Shown here: positions 19,361-33,797 of the stretch, piece by piece
How positions within the stretch are numbered: the first letter of the stretch is position 1
Layout: each line of letters begins with the position of its first letter
Source: an uncultured Klebsiella sp.
GTDB taxonomy: Bacteria; Pseudomonadota; Gammaproteobacteria; Pseudomonadales; UBA5518
DNA length: 64,000 nt
Assembly (NCBI GenBank): GCA_964610955.1
Contig: CAZSYV010000003.1
Location: forward strand, 902-64,901
Direction: 5' to 3'
Program-made: the position numbers and the translations under genes
The notes under the pieces: model-generated
Databases searched by the model: none
What the model was told of the DNA's origin: nothing
Seen by the model: only the letters and a program-made list of their open reading frames with translations

Positions 19361-20011
19361 ATGAAAATCGAGCTGTCTGCTGGTGAATTCCGCCGTTCGT
19401 GTCCCATCCTGGCAGCCCTGCTGCTGGGGCTCGCCATATCGGGCGGCGCGTTGGCGGCGGGGGTTTTCTACAAGTACGATAACGCGGAAGGCGTCACCGT
19501 CATCGATGATCATGTTCCGCCAGAGTTTGCTCACAAGGGCTACCTGATCCTGAACCAGGCGGGGCGCGTCACCGAGGTGGTGCCACGGGCCCTGACCAAT
19601 GAGGAAAAACAGGCCAATGGCCCGGCAATCCAGGCGCGCCTGCGTGCCGAGGAGGCCGAGAAGCAGGCGCGCTACGATGAGGCGCTGCTCGCACGCTACA
19701 GTTCCGTGGCCGATATCGAGGACATGCAGCGCCGACGGATCGGTGAGATCCAGGTGCGCATCAACATGCAGCATGGCACGATCGCGGGACTCAAGGGGCA
19801 GCTCGAAAGGGAGCAGGCAGGTGCTGCCGAGCTTGAAATGTCCGGGCGGGCCGTGCCGGAGCAGGTCAGCACGCGCATCGAGGAACTGCGTGCGGCCATT
19901 GCCGAGGAGGAGGCACGGATTGCGCGCCTGGAGGTCGACAGGCGAACCGTCGAGGCTCGCTACCAGTTTGATATCGAACGCTTTCGCCTGATCCACCCGC
20001 AGGCCCGCTGA
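19361..20011 (+). CDS. secreted DUF4124-like coiled-coil protein
   Basis: A signal peptide is followed by VFYKYDNAEGVTVIDDHVP (a DUF4124-type N-domain, from memory) and then a long Glu/Arg/Ala-rich coiled coil. Start at ATG 19361. Confidence 0.65.
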   Translation: MKIELSAGEFRRSCPILAALLLGLAISGGALAAGVFYKYDNAEGVTVIDDHVPPEFAHKGYLILNQAGRVTEVVPRALTNEEKQANGPAIQARLRAEEAEKQARYDEALLARYSSVADIEDMQRRRIGEIQVRINMQHGTIAGLKGQLEREQAGAAELEMSGRAVPEQVSTRIEELRAAIAEEEARIARLEVDRRTVEARYQFDIERFRLIHPQAR

Positions 20012-20027
20012 GCGGAAACTCGCCTCT

Positions 20028-20612
20028 TCAGCGGAAGAAGGCGCCGGTCAGCACACGCCATTGTTCGCTCCAGAACTCGGTCGGTGCGCGTCGAAACTCG
20101 GAGCGCACGTACTGCGTCATGCGGCCCTCGGCTGCCGCCAGCAGCAGGTTTGCCGCCAGTGCAGCAGGCAGCTCCGTGCGCAGGCCTTCGCGCAGCTCGG
20201 CGTTGCGCAGCACCTGTCGAAGCTCGGTTTCCAGACGATCGAAGAGTTGCTGGACACGTCCTCGCAACCGGTCGGTTTCGCCGGTCAGGGCATCGCCGGT
20301 GAGCAGGCGCGTGATTCCCGGGTTGCGTTCGCAGAATGCCAGCAGCAGCGTCAGGATCTGCTCGCACTGAGTGCTTGCCCCGGTCTCTTCCTCGCGGATT
20401 CGTCCGATGCGTGTGAACAGGGTGTCTTCGATGAACTCGATGAGTCCCTCGAACATCTTTGCCTTGCTGGGAAAGTGGCGGTACAGGGCTGCTTCGGAAA
20501 CGCCGACGTTGGCAGCCAGGGCTGCCGTGGTGATACGCCCCCCGGGCGTGGCTTCCAGCATGTGTGCAAGCGACTGCAGGATCGCGTCGCGGCGCGGTGT
20601 GTTGCCATTCAT
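20028..20612 (-). CDS. slmA: nucleoid occlusion factor SlmA (TetR family)
   Basis: [10 protein letters not shown]...[40 protein letters not shown] is collinear with E. coli SlmA over the full length. Confidence 0.85.
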   Translation of the reverse strand: MNGNTPRRDAILQSLAHMLEATPGGRITTAALAANVGVSEAALYRHFPSKAKMFEGLIEFIEDTLFTRIGRIREEETGASTQCEQILTLLLAFCERNPGITRLLTGDALTGETDRLRGRVQQLFDRLETELRQVLRNAELREGLRTELPAALAANLLLAAAEGRMTQYVRSEFRRAPTEFWSEQWRVLTGAFFR

Positions 20613-20661
20613 CTGGGCGCGATCTTCCCGGTTCCGACGGCGGGGTACTCTAGCGATTCAC

Positions 20662-24103
<3,442 letters not shown>

Positions 24104-24107
<4 letters not shown>

Positions 24108-25321
24108 GCACTGGTCCGGTTGTGTTGTGCGTGGTAGTGGGCAGCGATCGCAGTGATCAGATCGCGTGCCAGGTCCGCCTTGAGTCCACGCGCCAGCGCG
24201 GTGGTTTGATCCGCGCTGATCAGCGTGACCTCATTGTGCGTGCTGTCGAAGCCGATATCGGTGCGCGAGACGTCGTTGGCAATGATCAGGTCCAGGCGCT
24301 TGTTCTCGAGCTTGCCGCGCGCGTACGTCACCACATCGTGTGTTTCGGCGGCAAAACCGACCGTGAACGGGTGGGGTTTGCGTGCGGTCACTGCCGCGAG
24401 GATGTCCGGATTGCGAACCAGCTCGATCTGCAGGTGTTCGGCACTCTTCTTGATCTTGTGTGGCGCGGTCTGTGTCGGGCGGTAATCGGCCACTGCGGCG
24501 CAGGCGATGAAGATGTCGTTTGCGTCGATGTGTGCCAGCACCGCGTCATGCATCTGCTGTGCGCTGACGACATCCACGCGTGCGACGCCTGTGGGTGTCG
24601 GCAGTCCGACCGGTCCTGCGATCAGGGTGACCCTGGCGCCGCTGGCGAGCGCTGCAGCGGCAAGTGCGAAGCCCATGCGCCCCGAGCTGTTGTTGCTGAT
24701 GTAGCGTACCGGATCGATTGCCTCACGCGTGGGTCCGGCGTCGATCAGTACGCGCACGCCGGCAAGCTGCCCGCCATCGAAGCGTGCCAGGATGGCGGCG
24801 AGCAGCTCCTGCGGCTCGAGCATTCGCCCCGGCCCAACGTCGCCACAGGCCTGTGCCCCACTGGCAGGCCCGAACAGCGCGATGCCGTGCTGCTCGAGCA
24901 TGCCGCAGTTGCGCTGTGTCGCAGCCGCGCGCCACATGCCCTGATTCATCGCCGGCGCCACGCAGATCGGTGCCGCAGTGGCCAGGCAGAGAGTGCTCAG
25001 GAGATCGTCCCCGAAACCGTGGGCAAGGCGTGCGATGAAGTCCGCACTGGCCGGTGCGATCAGCACCAGCTCGGCCCAGCGCGCCAGCTCGATGTGCCCC
25101 ATCGCTGCTTCTGCACTCTCGTCCAGCAGGTCACGATGCACCGGGTTGCCCGACAGCGCCTGCATCGTCAGCGGCGTGATGAAGGAGCAGGCACCCTGCG
25201 TCATCACCACACGCACATCGGCTCCGGCCTCGCGCAGGCGGCGTACCAGTTCGGCCGACTTATAGGCAGCGATACCCCCGGTGACGCCAAGGAGAATTCT
25301 TCTGTGTTCGAGTCCTGCCAT
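24104..25321 (-). CDS. coaBC: bifunctional phosphopantothenoylcysteine decarboxylase / synthetase
   Basis: [10 protein letters not shown] marks the flavoprotein domain and [10 protein letters not shown] the synthetase domain. Start at ATG 25321 (MAGLEH), giving 405 aa. Confidence 0.92.
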
Positions 25322-25433
25322 GTGTGGGGTGCCCGGTGACGGAGACGATTCATACGAGCGCTGCAGTTTCGCCTCGCTCTGGCATTTTAGTATAGTCACC
25401 GCACTCGATTCGCCGCGGACAGGGAGGTTCGCG

Positions 25434-26108
25434 ATGACCATCAGGAACTGGCCCCTCGATGAACGGCCACGCGAGCGGCTGCTCGACCATGGCACTCATA
25501 CCCTCTCCGACGCCGAGTTGCTGGCGATCCTGCTGCGCACCGGGTTGCCGGGCGGCACTGCGGTCGATCGTGCCCGCGATGTGCTCGGTTCCTTTGGTGG
25601 CCTGCGGCACCTTCTCGACGCGGAGCGCACGGCTTTCTGCGCAGTGCGCGGCCTTGGGGAGGCGACCTACGTACAGTTGCAGGCGGCACTCGAGCTGACC
25701 CGGCGCTATCTGCTCTGTCGGATCAGCCGCGGGCAGGCGCTCGCCTCTCCCGATGAGGTGCGGCAGTTCCTTCAGCTCAAGATGCGCGGGCTGGCACATG
25801 AGGTGTTTGCCTGCCTCTTCCTCGACAACCAGCACGCGGTGATTCGCTACGAGGAGCTGTTTCGCGGCACCATCGACGGCGCGAGTGTCTACCCGCGCGA
25901 GATCGTCAAGCGGGCGTTGGCACTGAACGCGGCAGCGCTGATCTTTGCGCACAACCACCCCTCGGGAATCGCCGAGCCCTCGCAGGCCGACCAGCTCCTG
26001 ACCCAGCGCCTGAAGAGCGCGCTCGGCATGGTCGATATCCGCGTGCTGGACCACTTCGTGATCGGCGATCCCGAGGTGCTGTCCTTCGCCGAGCGGGGAT
26101 TGCTGTGA
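25434..26108 (+). CDS. radC: RadC-family JAB-domain protein
   Basis: [14 protein letters not shown] (HhH region) and the JAB motif [13 protein letters not shown] are present. AGGGAGG precedes ATG 25434. Confidence 0.9.
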   Translation: MTIRNWPLDERPRERLLDHGTHTLSDAELLAILLRTGLPGGTAVDRARDVLGSFGGLRHLLDAERTAFCAVRGLGEATYVQLQAALELTRRYLLCRISRGQALASPDEVRQFLQLKMRGLAHEVFACLFLDNQHAVIRYEELFRGTIDGASVYPREIVKRALALNAAALIFAHNHPSGIAEPSQADQLLTQRLKSALGMVDIRVLDHFVIGDPEVLSFAERGLL

Positions 26109-26140
26109 GCGGGGAAAAATACCCCGGCGTGACATTCGCC

Positions 26141-26169
26141 TTGTCTGCGCAGGGGCCTTCTGATATAAA
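26141..26169 (+). promoter_or_regulatory. candidate sigma-70 promoter of rpmB-rpmG
   Basis: TTGTCT (26141..26146), a 17-nt spacer, then TATAAA (26164..26169), about 70 nt upstream of the rpmB ATG. Confidence 0.5.
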
Positions 26170-26241
26170 AGCGCGCTCTTTCGAGCGGGTACACCGATGA
26201 TGGGTGTACGTCCTCGGGGCAATCATTCACGAGGCTGTGTC

Positions 26242-26478
26242 ATGTCCAAGGTGTGTCAGGTAACCGGCAAGCGTCCGATCGTCGGCTACAACGTATCCCA
26301 TGCCAACAACAAGACGAAGCGACGCTTCGAACCAAACCTGCACAAGCACCGGTTCTGGGTCGAATCGGAAAAGCGTTTCGTGACCTTGCGCGTATCGGCG
26401 AGGGGCATGCGGATCATCGACAAGAAGGGTGTGGACAGCGTGATCGCCGAGCTGCGCGGGCGCGGCGAGCGTATCTGA
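26242..26478 (+). CDS. rpmB: 50S ribosomal protein L28
   Basis: [33 protein letters not shown] is canonical L28. Confidence 0.95.
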   Translation: MSKVCQVTGKRPIVGYNVSHANNKTKRRFEPNLHKHRFWVESEKRFVTLRVSARGMRIIDKKGVDSVIAELRGRGERI

Positions 26479-26500
26479 AGAAATTTCGGGAGCAGCAAGC

Positions 26501-26656
26501 ATGCGTGACAAGATCAAGCTCGTATCCAGCGCCGGTACCGGTCACTTCTACACGACCGACAAGAACAAGCGCACGACCCCTGACAAACTGGAATTCAAGA
26601 AGTACGACCCGGTCGTGCGCAAGCATGTGGCTTACAAGGAAGCCAAGATCAAGTAG
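26501..26656 (+). CDS. rpmG: 50S ribosomal protein L33
   Basis: This gene is not in the ORF track because it has only 51 codons. My own translation from ATG 26501 gives [51 protein letters not shown], ending at TAG 26654..26656. That is canonical L33. Confidence 0.93.
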   Translation: MRDKIKLVSSAGTGHFYTTDKNKRTTPDKLEFKKYDPVVRKHVAYKEAKIK

Positions 26657-26680
26657 ATGCGGAGACGCATCGCGTGGTGG

Positions 26681-26706
26681 AAAACCCGGCTGCGGCCGGG
26701 TTTTTT
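26681..26706 (+). terminator. rho-independent terminator after rpmG
   Basis: The sequence is AAAACCCGGC-TGCG-GCCGGG followed by TTTTTT (26701..26706), a GC-rich hairpin plus a T-run. Confidence 0.75.
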
Positions 26707-26736
26707 GCCTCTGCAGCACGCGGTCGCGCGCTCGCC

Positions 26737-27555
26737 ATGCCCGAACTCCCAGAGGTAGAGACCACTCGGCGTGGAATCCTGCCACGACTGCAGGGGAGGC
26801 GGGTCGTTGCCGTGGCTGTTCACGAAGACCGCTTGCGCTGGCCGGTGACACCGGGCCTTGCCGCCCTGCTGGATGGGCAGCAGCTGGTGACGATCGACAG
26901 GCGCGGCAAGTACCTGTTGTTTCAATTCGCGCAGGGCACGCTGCTCGTGCATCTCGGCATGTCGGGGAGCCTGCGAGTGTTCCCCTCCGCGACGGTTCCC
27001 TTGCGCAGGCATGATCACTTCGAGCTGCACTGGGATGATGGCTGTGTGCTGCGCTACCAGGATCCGCGACGTTTCGGGGCTGTGCTGTGGGCGGGTGAGA
27101 CGCCGGCAAGCCATCCCTTGCTCGCAGGGCTGGGGGTCGAGCCACTGGGGCCGGATTTCGATGGCCGGTACCTGTTCCGACGCTCGCGTGGACGCCGCGT
27201 CAGCGTGAAGCAGTGGCTGATGGATGCGAAGGTGGTGGTCGGGGTAGGCAACATCTATGCAAGCGAGGCCTTGTTCCTCGCCGGAGTCGATCCGCGCTGC
27301 AGTGCCGGCAGCGTGACGTTGGCCCGCTACGACAGGCTGGTGAACAGTGTGCGTGAGGTGCTTCGTGCTGCGATTGCCCGCGGTGGAGTGACGCTGCGCG
27401 ATTATGTCGACAGCAATGGTGTGCCGGGATATTTCGCATCCGAACTTCGCGTATATGGACGCGCATCACAGCCGTGCGTCCGCTGTGCCGCACCGATCCG
27501 CATGCTGCGCCAGGCACAGCGCAGTACCTTTTATTGCCCGCGCTGTCAGCGCTGA
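26737..27555 (+). CDS. mutM: formamidopyrimidine-DNA glycosylase
   Basis: The N-terminus is MPELPEVET, and the C-terminal zinc finger reads CVRCAAPIRMLRQAQRSTFYCPRCQ. Confidence 0.93.
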   Translation: MPELPEVETTRRGILPRLQGRRVVAVAVHEDRLRWPVTPGLAALLDGQQLVTIDRRGKYLLFQFAQGTLLVHLGMSGSLRVFPSATVPLRRHDHFELHWDDGCVLRYQDPRRFGAVLWAGETPASHPLLAGLGVEPLGPDFDGRYLFRRSRGRRVSVKQWLMDAKVVVGVGNIYASEALFLAGVDPRCSAGSVTLARYDRLVNSVREVLRAAIARGGVTLRDYVDSNGVPGYFASELRVYGRASQPCVRCAAPIRMLRQAQRSTFYCPRCQR

Positions 27556-27649
27556 GGCGTGGCGCGGACAAACCGTCTATTCTTGAAGCATGGTCTGCCG
27601 GGTGACGGATGCGCCCGGTGCCCTTGATTCCTTCCTGCCGGAGACGCTG

Positions 27650-27976
27650 ATGAAAAATACCCTTACCGCGCGGCTGACTGCTGCAGCACTGGGTCTGGTA
27701 CTGCTTGCGCCCTGGTATGCCGGTGCGCAACCCGTCGAAGAGGAGCCGAGTTTCATGGCGATGACCGGTGATCTGCTGGTCGCACGCCCGCTGCTGCTGG
27801 TCACCTCCGTGGTGGGAACGGCTGCCTTCCTGGTTTCACTCCCGTTCACGGTTGCTGGCGAGAACACGGGTCAGGCGGCACAGACGCTCGTCGTTGGCCC
27901 GCTGCGCGAAACCCTGGCGCGCTGCCTCGGTTGCCGTACCAGTACGGCGTCTGCTGCAGCGCCTGACCGGGACTGA
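27650..27976 (+). CDS. small secreted/membrane protein of unknown function
   Basis: 108 aa. A signal peptide (LTAAALGLVLLAPWYAGA) is followed by one more hydrophobic stretch and a C-terminal CLGC. I recognise no family. The coding call rests on these features and on its fit in the gap between mutM and coaD. Confidence 0.45.
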   Translation: MKNTLTARLTAAALGLVLLAPWYAGAQPVEEEPSFMAMTGDLLVARPLLLVTSVVGTAAFLVSLPFTVAGENTGQAAQTLVVGPLRETLARCLGCRTSTASAAAPDRD

Positions 27977-28026
27977 TACCGGCAGTGTCCCGGATGCTGC
28001 ACCCGCTTCCCTGCCGGAGAGGTGGG

Positions 28027-29203
<1,177 letters not shown>

Positions 29204-29254
29204 GGGCTCGGCAGGTCGATGGCGCTGCGGCGGAGATGGATGCAGAGGATACCG

Positions 29255-29260
29255 TATAAT
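29255..29260 (+). promoter_or_regulatory. TATAAT -10-like hexamer upstream of ftsY
   Basis: A perfect TATAAT lies 30 nt upstream of the GTG 29291 chosen as the ftsY start. I found no good -35. Confidence 0.3.
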
Positions 29261-29290
29261 CGATGCCCCTTCGCAGTGGGGTTTCGCACG

Positions 29291-30391
29291 GTGCTCAGAA
29301 TATTCAACCGCAAAAAATCTCAGGATGGCGACCCGACTGTGCCTGCAGAGGAAGTGGGTGCTCACATCGAAAGTGTGCCTGCCGAGAAGGCCGACACCGC
29401 AGGGCAGTGCGGCGATCGGCCGTCTATGGCAGTCCCGGTTGCGCCGGGCGCGGCAGAACCCGCTTCTCGCTCGGGCTGGCTGGCGCGCTTGCGCAGTGGC
29501 CTGGGCAAGACGCGACGGGCGCTCACCGGCGGGCTTGGCACACTGCTGCTTGGGCGCAAGGAGCTGGATGAGGATCTGCTTGAGGAACTCGAGACGCGTC
29601 TGTTGCTGGCAGACGTGGGAATCCCGACCGTACGCGCCATCATGGATGGCCTGACCGAGCGTGTGCGCCGCAAGGAGCTCGATGATCCGCAGGCCCTGTA
29701 CGAGGCGTTGAAGGCACAGTTGATCGAAGTGCTGGCACCGGCCAGCGAGCCACTGATGCTCGACGTTGCGCGCAAGCCGTTCGTGATCCTGATGGTCGGG
29801 GTGAATGGCGCAGGCAAGACGACCACGATCGGCAAGCTGGCGCGCCGCTATCAGGCGGCAGGGCACAGCGTGATGCTCGCCGCCGGTGACACCTTTCGTG
29901 CCGCAGCGGTGGAACAGCTGCAGGTGTGGGGAGACCGCCATGGCGTACCGGTGATTGCCCAGGCGACCGGCTCCGATGCGGCCTCGGTGATCTTCGATGC
30001 ACTGCAGTCGGCGCGTGCGCGTGGTTGCGACGTGCTGCTGGCCGACACCGCCGGACGGCTGCATGTGAAGGGCAACCTGATGGAGGAGCTGCGCAAGATT
30101 GTTCGCGTGATGCGCAAGCTCGACGCCTCGGCACCGCACGAGGTGCTGCTGGTGCTGGATGCCGGGACAGGGCAGAACGGTCTGGCGCAGGCGCACAGTT
30201 TCCGGGAGACCGTCGGGGTGAGTGGGGTGGTGCTGACCAAGCTCGACGGTACCGCCAAGGGCGGTATCGTGTTTTCGGTTGCGCGCGAGCTCGGGTTGCC
30301 GATCCGTTACGTGGGTGTCGGTGAGACGGCCGAGGATCTGCGTGAGTTCGATGCACGAGAGTTCGTCGAGGCGCTGTTCGAGGACGACTGA
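29291..30391 (+). CDS. ftsY: signal recognition particle receptor FtsY
   Basis: SRP-GTPase NG domain motifs are present (GVNGAGKTTTIGKLA, DTAGRLH, TKLDGTAKGG). The start is uncertain. GTG 29291 gives (M)LRIFNRKK, which resembles a typical FtsY N-terminus. An in-frame ATG at 29240 is the alternative. Confidence 0.88.
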   Translation: MLRIFNRKKSQDGDPTVPAEEVGAHIESVPAEKADTAGQCGDRPSMAVPVAPGAAEPASRSGWLARLRSGLGKTRRALTGGLGTLLLGRKELDEDLLEELETRLLLADVGIPTVRAIMDGLTERVRRKELDDPQALYEALKAQLIEVLAPASEPLMLDVARKPFVILMVGVNGAGKTTTIGKLARRYQAAGHSVMLAAGDTFRAAAVEQLQVWGDRHGVPVIAQATGSDAASVIFDALQSARARGCDVLLADTAGRLHVKGNLMEELRKIVRVMRKLDASAPHEVLLVLDAGTGQNGLAQAHSFRETVGVSGVVLTKLDGTAKGGIVFSVARELGLPIRYVGVGETAEDLREFDAREFVEALFEDD

Positions 30392-30413
30392 TCGGGAATG
30401 ACTGCCGGCAAGG

Positions 30414-30440
30414 GAATCTTTTCCCGGTTCAGCACTCAAA
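30414..30440 (+). promoter_or_regulatory. candidate sigma-E (RpoE/AlgU)-type promoter upstream of rpoH
   Basis: GAATCT (30414..30419), a 16-nt spacer, then TCAAA (30436..30440). The remembered consensus is GAACTT-N16/17-TCAAA. Confidence 0.4.
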
Positions 30441-30453
30441 GGGCTTGAGTGCT
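30431..30453. repeat. perfect 9-bp inverted repeat with a 5-nt loop
   Basis: The sequence is AGCACTCAA-AGGGC-TTGAGTGCT. It overlaps the TCAAA element and is immediately followed by TAAAAT (30453..30458). Confidence 0.6.
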
Positions 30454-30488
30454 AAAATGCACGGCAACAAATCACAGAGGGAGAATGG

Positions 30489-31343
30489 ATGAGCAAGGAA
30501 TTGCAGTCGGTGCTGGCGCTGAGCCCGGGCGGAAACATCAATGCGTATATCCAGGGGGTGAACGCGTTTCCGGTGCTGAGTGTGGCGCGCGAGCGTGATC
30601 TTGCCGAGGCACTGTACTACCGTGAGGATCTTGCGGCAGCGCGTGAGTTGGTGCTTGCTCACCTGCGATTCGTGGTGCATATCGCACGTTCCTACTCGGG
30701 CTACGGCCTGCCGCTCGCCGATCTGGTCCAGGAAGGCAATGTCGGCCTGATGAAGGCGGTGCGACGCTTCAATCCCGAAAAGGGCGTGCGCCTGGTGTCC
30801 TTTGCGGTGCACTGGATCAAGGCCGAGATGCACGAGTACATCCTGCGCAACTGGCGGATCGTGAAGGTTGCCACCACCAAGGCACAGCGCAAGCTGTTCT
30901 TCAACCTGCGCAGTGCCAAGAAGAGCCTTGGCTGGCTGAACAACGAGGAAGCGAGTGCGGTGGCGCGTGATCTCGGCGTGGAGGTTGCCGAGGTGCGGCG
31001 CATGGAGGGACGTCTGAGTGCAACCGATGTCGCCTTCGATGCCGCTGTGGATGAGGATGACGAAACTGCGCGCTTCGCTCCGGTGCACTACCTCGAGGAC
31101 CAGCGTTTCGACCCGGAGCGCATGCTCGAGGACAGCGACTGGGAGTCGAGCAGCCGGGAGCGGCTGGCGCAGGCGCTGGCCACGCTCGATGAGCGCGGCC
31201 AGCAGATCGTCCGCCGTCGCTGGCTGGAAGATAACAAGGCCACATTGCATGAACTGGCCGCCTGTTTCGGTGTGTCGGCAGAGCGCATCCGCCAGCTCGA
31301 GCAGGCAGCCCTTGGCAAGCTGCGTGCTGCGATGGGTGCGTGA
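30489..31343 (+). CDS. rpoH: RNA polymerase sigma-32 (RpoH)
   Basis: The RpoH box ([16 protein letters not shown]) and sigma-70 regions 2 and 4 are present. Length is 284 aa. Confidence 0.93.
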   Translation: MSKELQSVLALSPGGNINAYIQGVNAFPVLSVARERDLAEALYYREDLAAARELVLAHLRFVVHIARSYSGYGLPLADLVQEGNVGLMKAVRRFNPEKGVRLVSFAVHWIKAEMHEYILRNWRIVKVATTKAQRKLFFNLRSAKKSLGWLNNEEASAVARDLGVEVAEVRRMEGRLSATDVAFDAAVDEDDETARFAPVHYLEDQRFDPERMLEDSDWESSSRERLAQALATLDERGQQIVRRRWLEDNKATLHELAACFGVSAERIRQLEQAALGKLRAAMGA

Positions 31344-32083
31344 GCGAGATCGACGACGGCAATACACACCCACCACGTCCGATTCGCAGCTTCGTACGCC
31401 GCCAGGGGCGGTTCACGCCGGCGCAGCGTGCCGCGACGGAGCAGCTGTGGACTCGGTACGGGCTCGATCATGCAGCCGGACAGATTGAACCGTCGCGGCT
31501 GTTTCCGTCCCGTTCGCGCCTGATCGTCGAGATCGGCTTTGGCATGGGATACACGCTGGCAGAGCTGGCTGCGCGTGATCCCGACTGCGGTTTCATCGGC
31601 ATCGAGGTGCATCGTCCGGGCGTCGGCAAGCTGCTGGCGCTGCTGGAAGAGCAAGGGCTCGAGAATGTACGCGTCTACTGCCACGACGCCGTAGAGGTTC
31701 TGGGCCACTGCATTCCCGATGAATCGCTCGATGGGCTGCTGCTGTTCTTCCCCGATCCCTGGCACAAGAAGCGCCACCACAAGCGACGACTCGTACAGCC
31801 GCCGTTCGTGGCGCAGGTGCAGCGCAAGTTGAAGCCGGGAGGCACTTTTCACCTCGCAACCGACTGGGAGCACTACGCGCAGCAGATGCTCGAGGTCGTC
31901 GAGGCATCGACCGGCTGGGTGAACCTCGCCGGAAAGGGGTGTTTCGCACCACGGCCGGCCACGCGCCCCGAAACCCGCTTCGAGGCTCGCGGCCTGCGCC
32001 TCGGGCATGAGGTGCGTGACCTGCTTTTCCGCAAGGTCGAAGCATCCGCTCAGGCAAACTCACCGAGTACCGAGTCCAGATAG
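31340..32083 (+). CDS. trmB: tRNA (guanine46-N7)-methyltransferase
   Basis: IEIGFGMG and [15 protein letters not shown] are present. The GTG start overlaps the rpoH stop (GTGA). Confidence 0.9.
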   Translation: MSEIDDGNTHPPRPIRSFVRRQGRFTPAQRAATEQLWTRYGLDHAAGQIEPSRLFPSRSRLIVEIGFGMGYTLAELAARDPDCGFIGIEVHRPGVGKLLALLEEQGLENVRVYCHDAVEVLGHCIPDESLDGLLLFFPDPWHKKRHHKRRLVQPPFVAQVQRKLKPGGTFHLATDWEHYAQQMLEVVEASTGWVNLAGKGCFAPRPATRPETRFEARGLRLGHEVRDLLFRKVEASAQANSPSTESR

Positions 32084-33189
32084 CGGAAACCCATTGGCGT
32101 GGTTGCCAGTCGTGCTGGATCGTCGTGCATCAGGCCTCGTGCAGTGAGCCTTGCGACACGCTGCGCGATCGTTGCGAAGGTCAGCCCGGTGCGCGCCTCG
32201 AATTCCGCCATCGTTGCACCGTCGGGCAGGCGCAGCGCGTTCATCAGGAATTCGAGGGGCAGCTGTGCGGGTTCGACGGTTTCCTCGATGCGCTTCGACG
32301 CCACGTTCCCACTCAGGTAGTCGTGCGGTGTGCGTGTGCGCCGTGTGCGCAGCACCTGCAGTGGTGTTCCCCGGCTGAGCTTGCCGTGTGCGCCTGCGCC
32401 GATTCCCAGATAATCGCCGAAGTGCCAGTAGTTCAGGTTGTGACGGCACTGCTGCCCGGGACGCGCCCATGCCGACACCTCATAGCGTTCGTAGCCGGCT
32501 GCGCCGAGCAGACGCTCACCCTGCTCCTGGATCTCTGCCAGCGCGTCCTCGGCTGGAAGCCGAGGTGGACGACGACCGAACACCGTGTTCGGTTCCAGCG
32601 TGAGCTGATACCAGGACAGATGCTGCGGCTCGCATTCCAGCGCCGCCTCGAGGTCTGACATCGCCTGTCGGGGTGTCTGTCCAGGGAGTCCGTGCATCAG
32701 ATCGAGATTGAACGAGTCGAATCCGACACGACGCGCCGCAGCTGCTGCCGCGCGGGCGCTGCGCGAGTCGTGCACACGCCCGAGTGCGCTCAGGCTGGTG
32801 TCACTGAAGCTCTGCACGCCAATCGACAGGCGGTTCACTCCCGCTGCCCGATAGCCGGCAAAGCGCGCCAGTTCGGCACTGCCCGGGTTTGCCTCGAGCG
32901 TGATCTCGACGCTGCTCGCCAGTGCCGTGCGCTCGCGTACTCCATCGAGCAGTCGGGCGATCAATGGGGCCGGACACAGGCTTGGTGTGCCGCCACCGAT
33001 GAAGATCGACTGCAGCTCACGGCCTGCGGTGGCCTCCACCTCGAGCTCCAGGTCCTGCAGCAGTCGATCCACATAGCTCGCAAATGGCGCATCGCCCTGG
33101 ATCGAGTAGGAATTGAAGTCGCAGTAAGGGCACTTGCGCTCGCACCATGGCAGGTGGATGTACAGTGCCAGCGGTGGCAGTCGTGTCAA
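32050..33189 (-). CDS. hemW: radical SAM heme chaperone HemW (YggW)
   Basis: (M)TRLPPLALYIHLPWCERKCPYCDFNS is collinear with E. coli YggW/HemW. The TTG start overlaps the rdgB stop. Confidence 0.88.
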   Translation of the reverse strand: MTRLPPLALYIHLPWCERKCPYCDFNSYSIQGDAPFASYVDRLLQDLELEVEATAGRELQSIFIGGGTPSLCPAPLIARLLDGVRERTALASSVEITLEANPGSAELARFAGYRAAGVNRLSIGVQSFSDTSLSALGRVHDSRSARAAAAAARRVGFDSFNLDLMHGLPGQTPRQAMSDLEAALECEPQHLSWYQLTLEPNTVFGRRPPRLPAEDALAEIQEQGERLLGAAGYERYEVSAWARPGQQCRHNLNYWHFGDYLGIGAGAHGKLSRGTPLQVLRTRRTRTPHDYLSGNVASKRIEETVEPAQLPLEFLMNALRLPDGATMAEFEARTGLTFATIAQRVARLTARGLMHDDPARLATTPMGFRYLDSVLGEFA

Positions 33190-33797
33190 CGCTGTGCCTC
33201 GAGAGCGTGCAGCAGTGCAGCAAGGGCCCGTGCGCGGTGGCTCAGGCGGTTCTTCGTCTCGCGCGACAGCTCGGCTGCCGAGCGCGTCTCGCCGCAGGGT
33301 ATGAACAGTGGATCGTAGCCGAAGCCGCCCTCGCCCGTTGCCGCGCGGGCAATCCTGCCTTCCCAGCTGCCACTGCAGATCAGCGGCATGGGGTCCAGCG
33401 GGTGGCGCAGCAGCACCAGCACGCAGTGAAACCGTGCACCACGCTGCGGCTCGGGCACATCGTGCAGCGCAGCAAGCAGCCTGACGTTGTTCGCAGCATC
33501 GCTGGCTCCCTCCCCGGCGTAGCGCGCCGAGTGGACACCGGGCGCGCCGTCGAGCGCATCGACGACGAGGCCGGAGTCATCGGCAAGCGCTGCAAGACCG
33601 CTGCATGCACTGGCGTGGCGTGCCTTCAGGATGGCATTCTCGACGAAACTGCTTCCCGTTTCGGCAACCGCGGATACGGCAAAGTCGCTCTGCGCACGAA
33701 CATGGATCGAGGCGCCGGCGAGCAGCGCCCGCAGCTCCTGCAGCTTTCCCTTGTTGGAACTCGCGATCACCAGCTCACGCAGTGGCTCAGTCGGCAT
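33186..33797 (-). CDS. rdgB: XTP/dITP diphosphatase (RdgB/Ham1)
   Basis: VIASSNKGKLQEL and GGFGYDPLFIP are present. Start at ATG 33797. Confidence 0.9.
   Translation of the reverse strand: MPTEPLRELVIASSNKGKLQELRALLAGASIHVRAQSDFAVSAVAETGSSFVENAILKARHASACSGLAALADDSGLVVDALDGAPGVHSARYAGEGASDAANNVRLLAALHDVPEPQRGARFHCVLVLLRHPLDPMPLICSGSWEGRIARAATGEGGFGYDPLFIPCGETRSAAELSRETKNRLSHRARALAALLHALEAQR

Noticed and set aside
29204-30439. The upstream ~410 codons of the 611-aa minus-strand ORF 28604..30439.
   Set aside because: This part is antisense to ftsY, whose SRP-GTPase motifs are unambiguous. Only the last ~199 codons (RsmD) look like a real protein. The rest is Arg/His/Gln/Ala-rich with no family resemblance, which is typical of an open antisense frame in GC-rich DNA.
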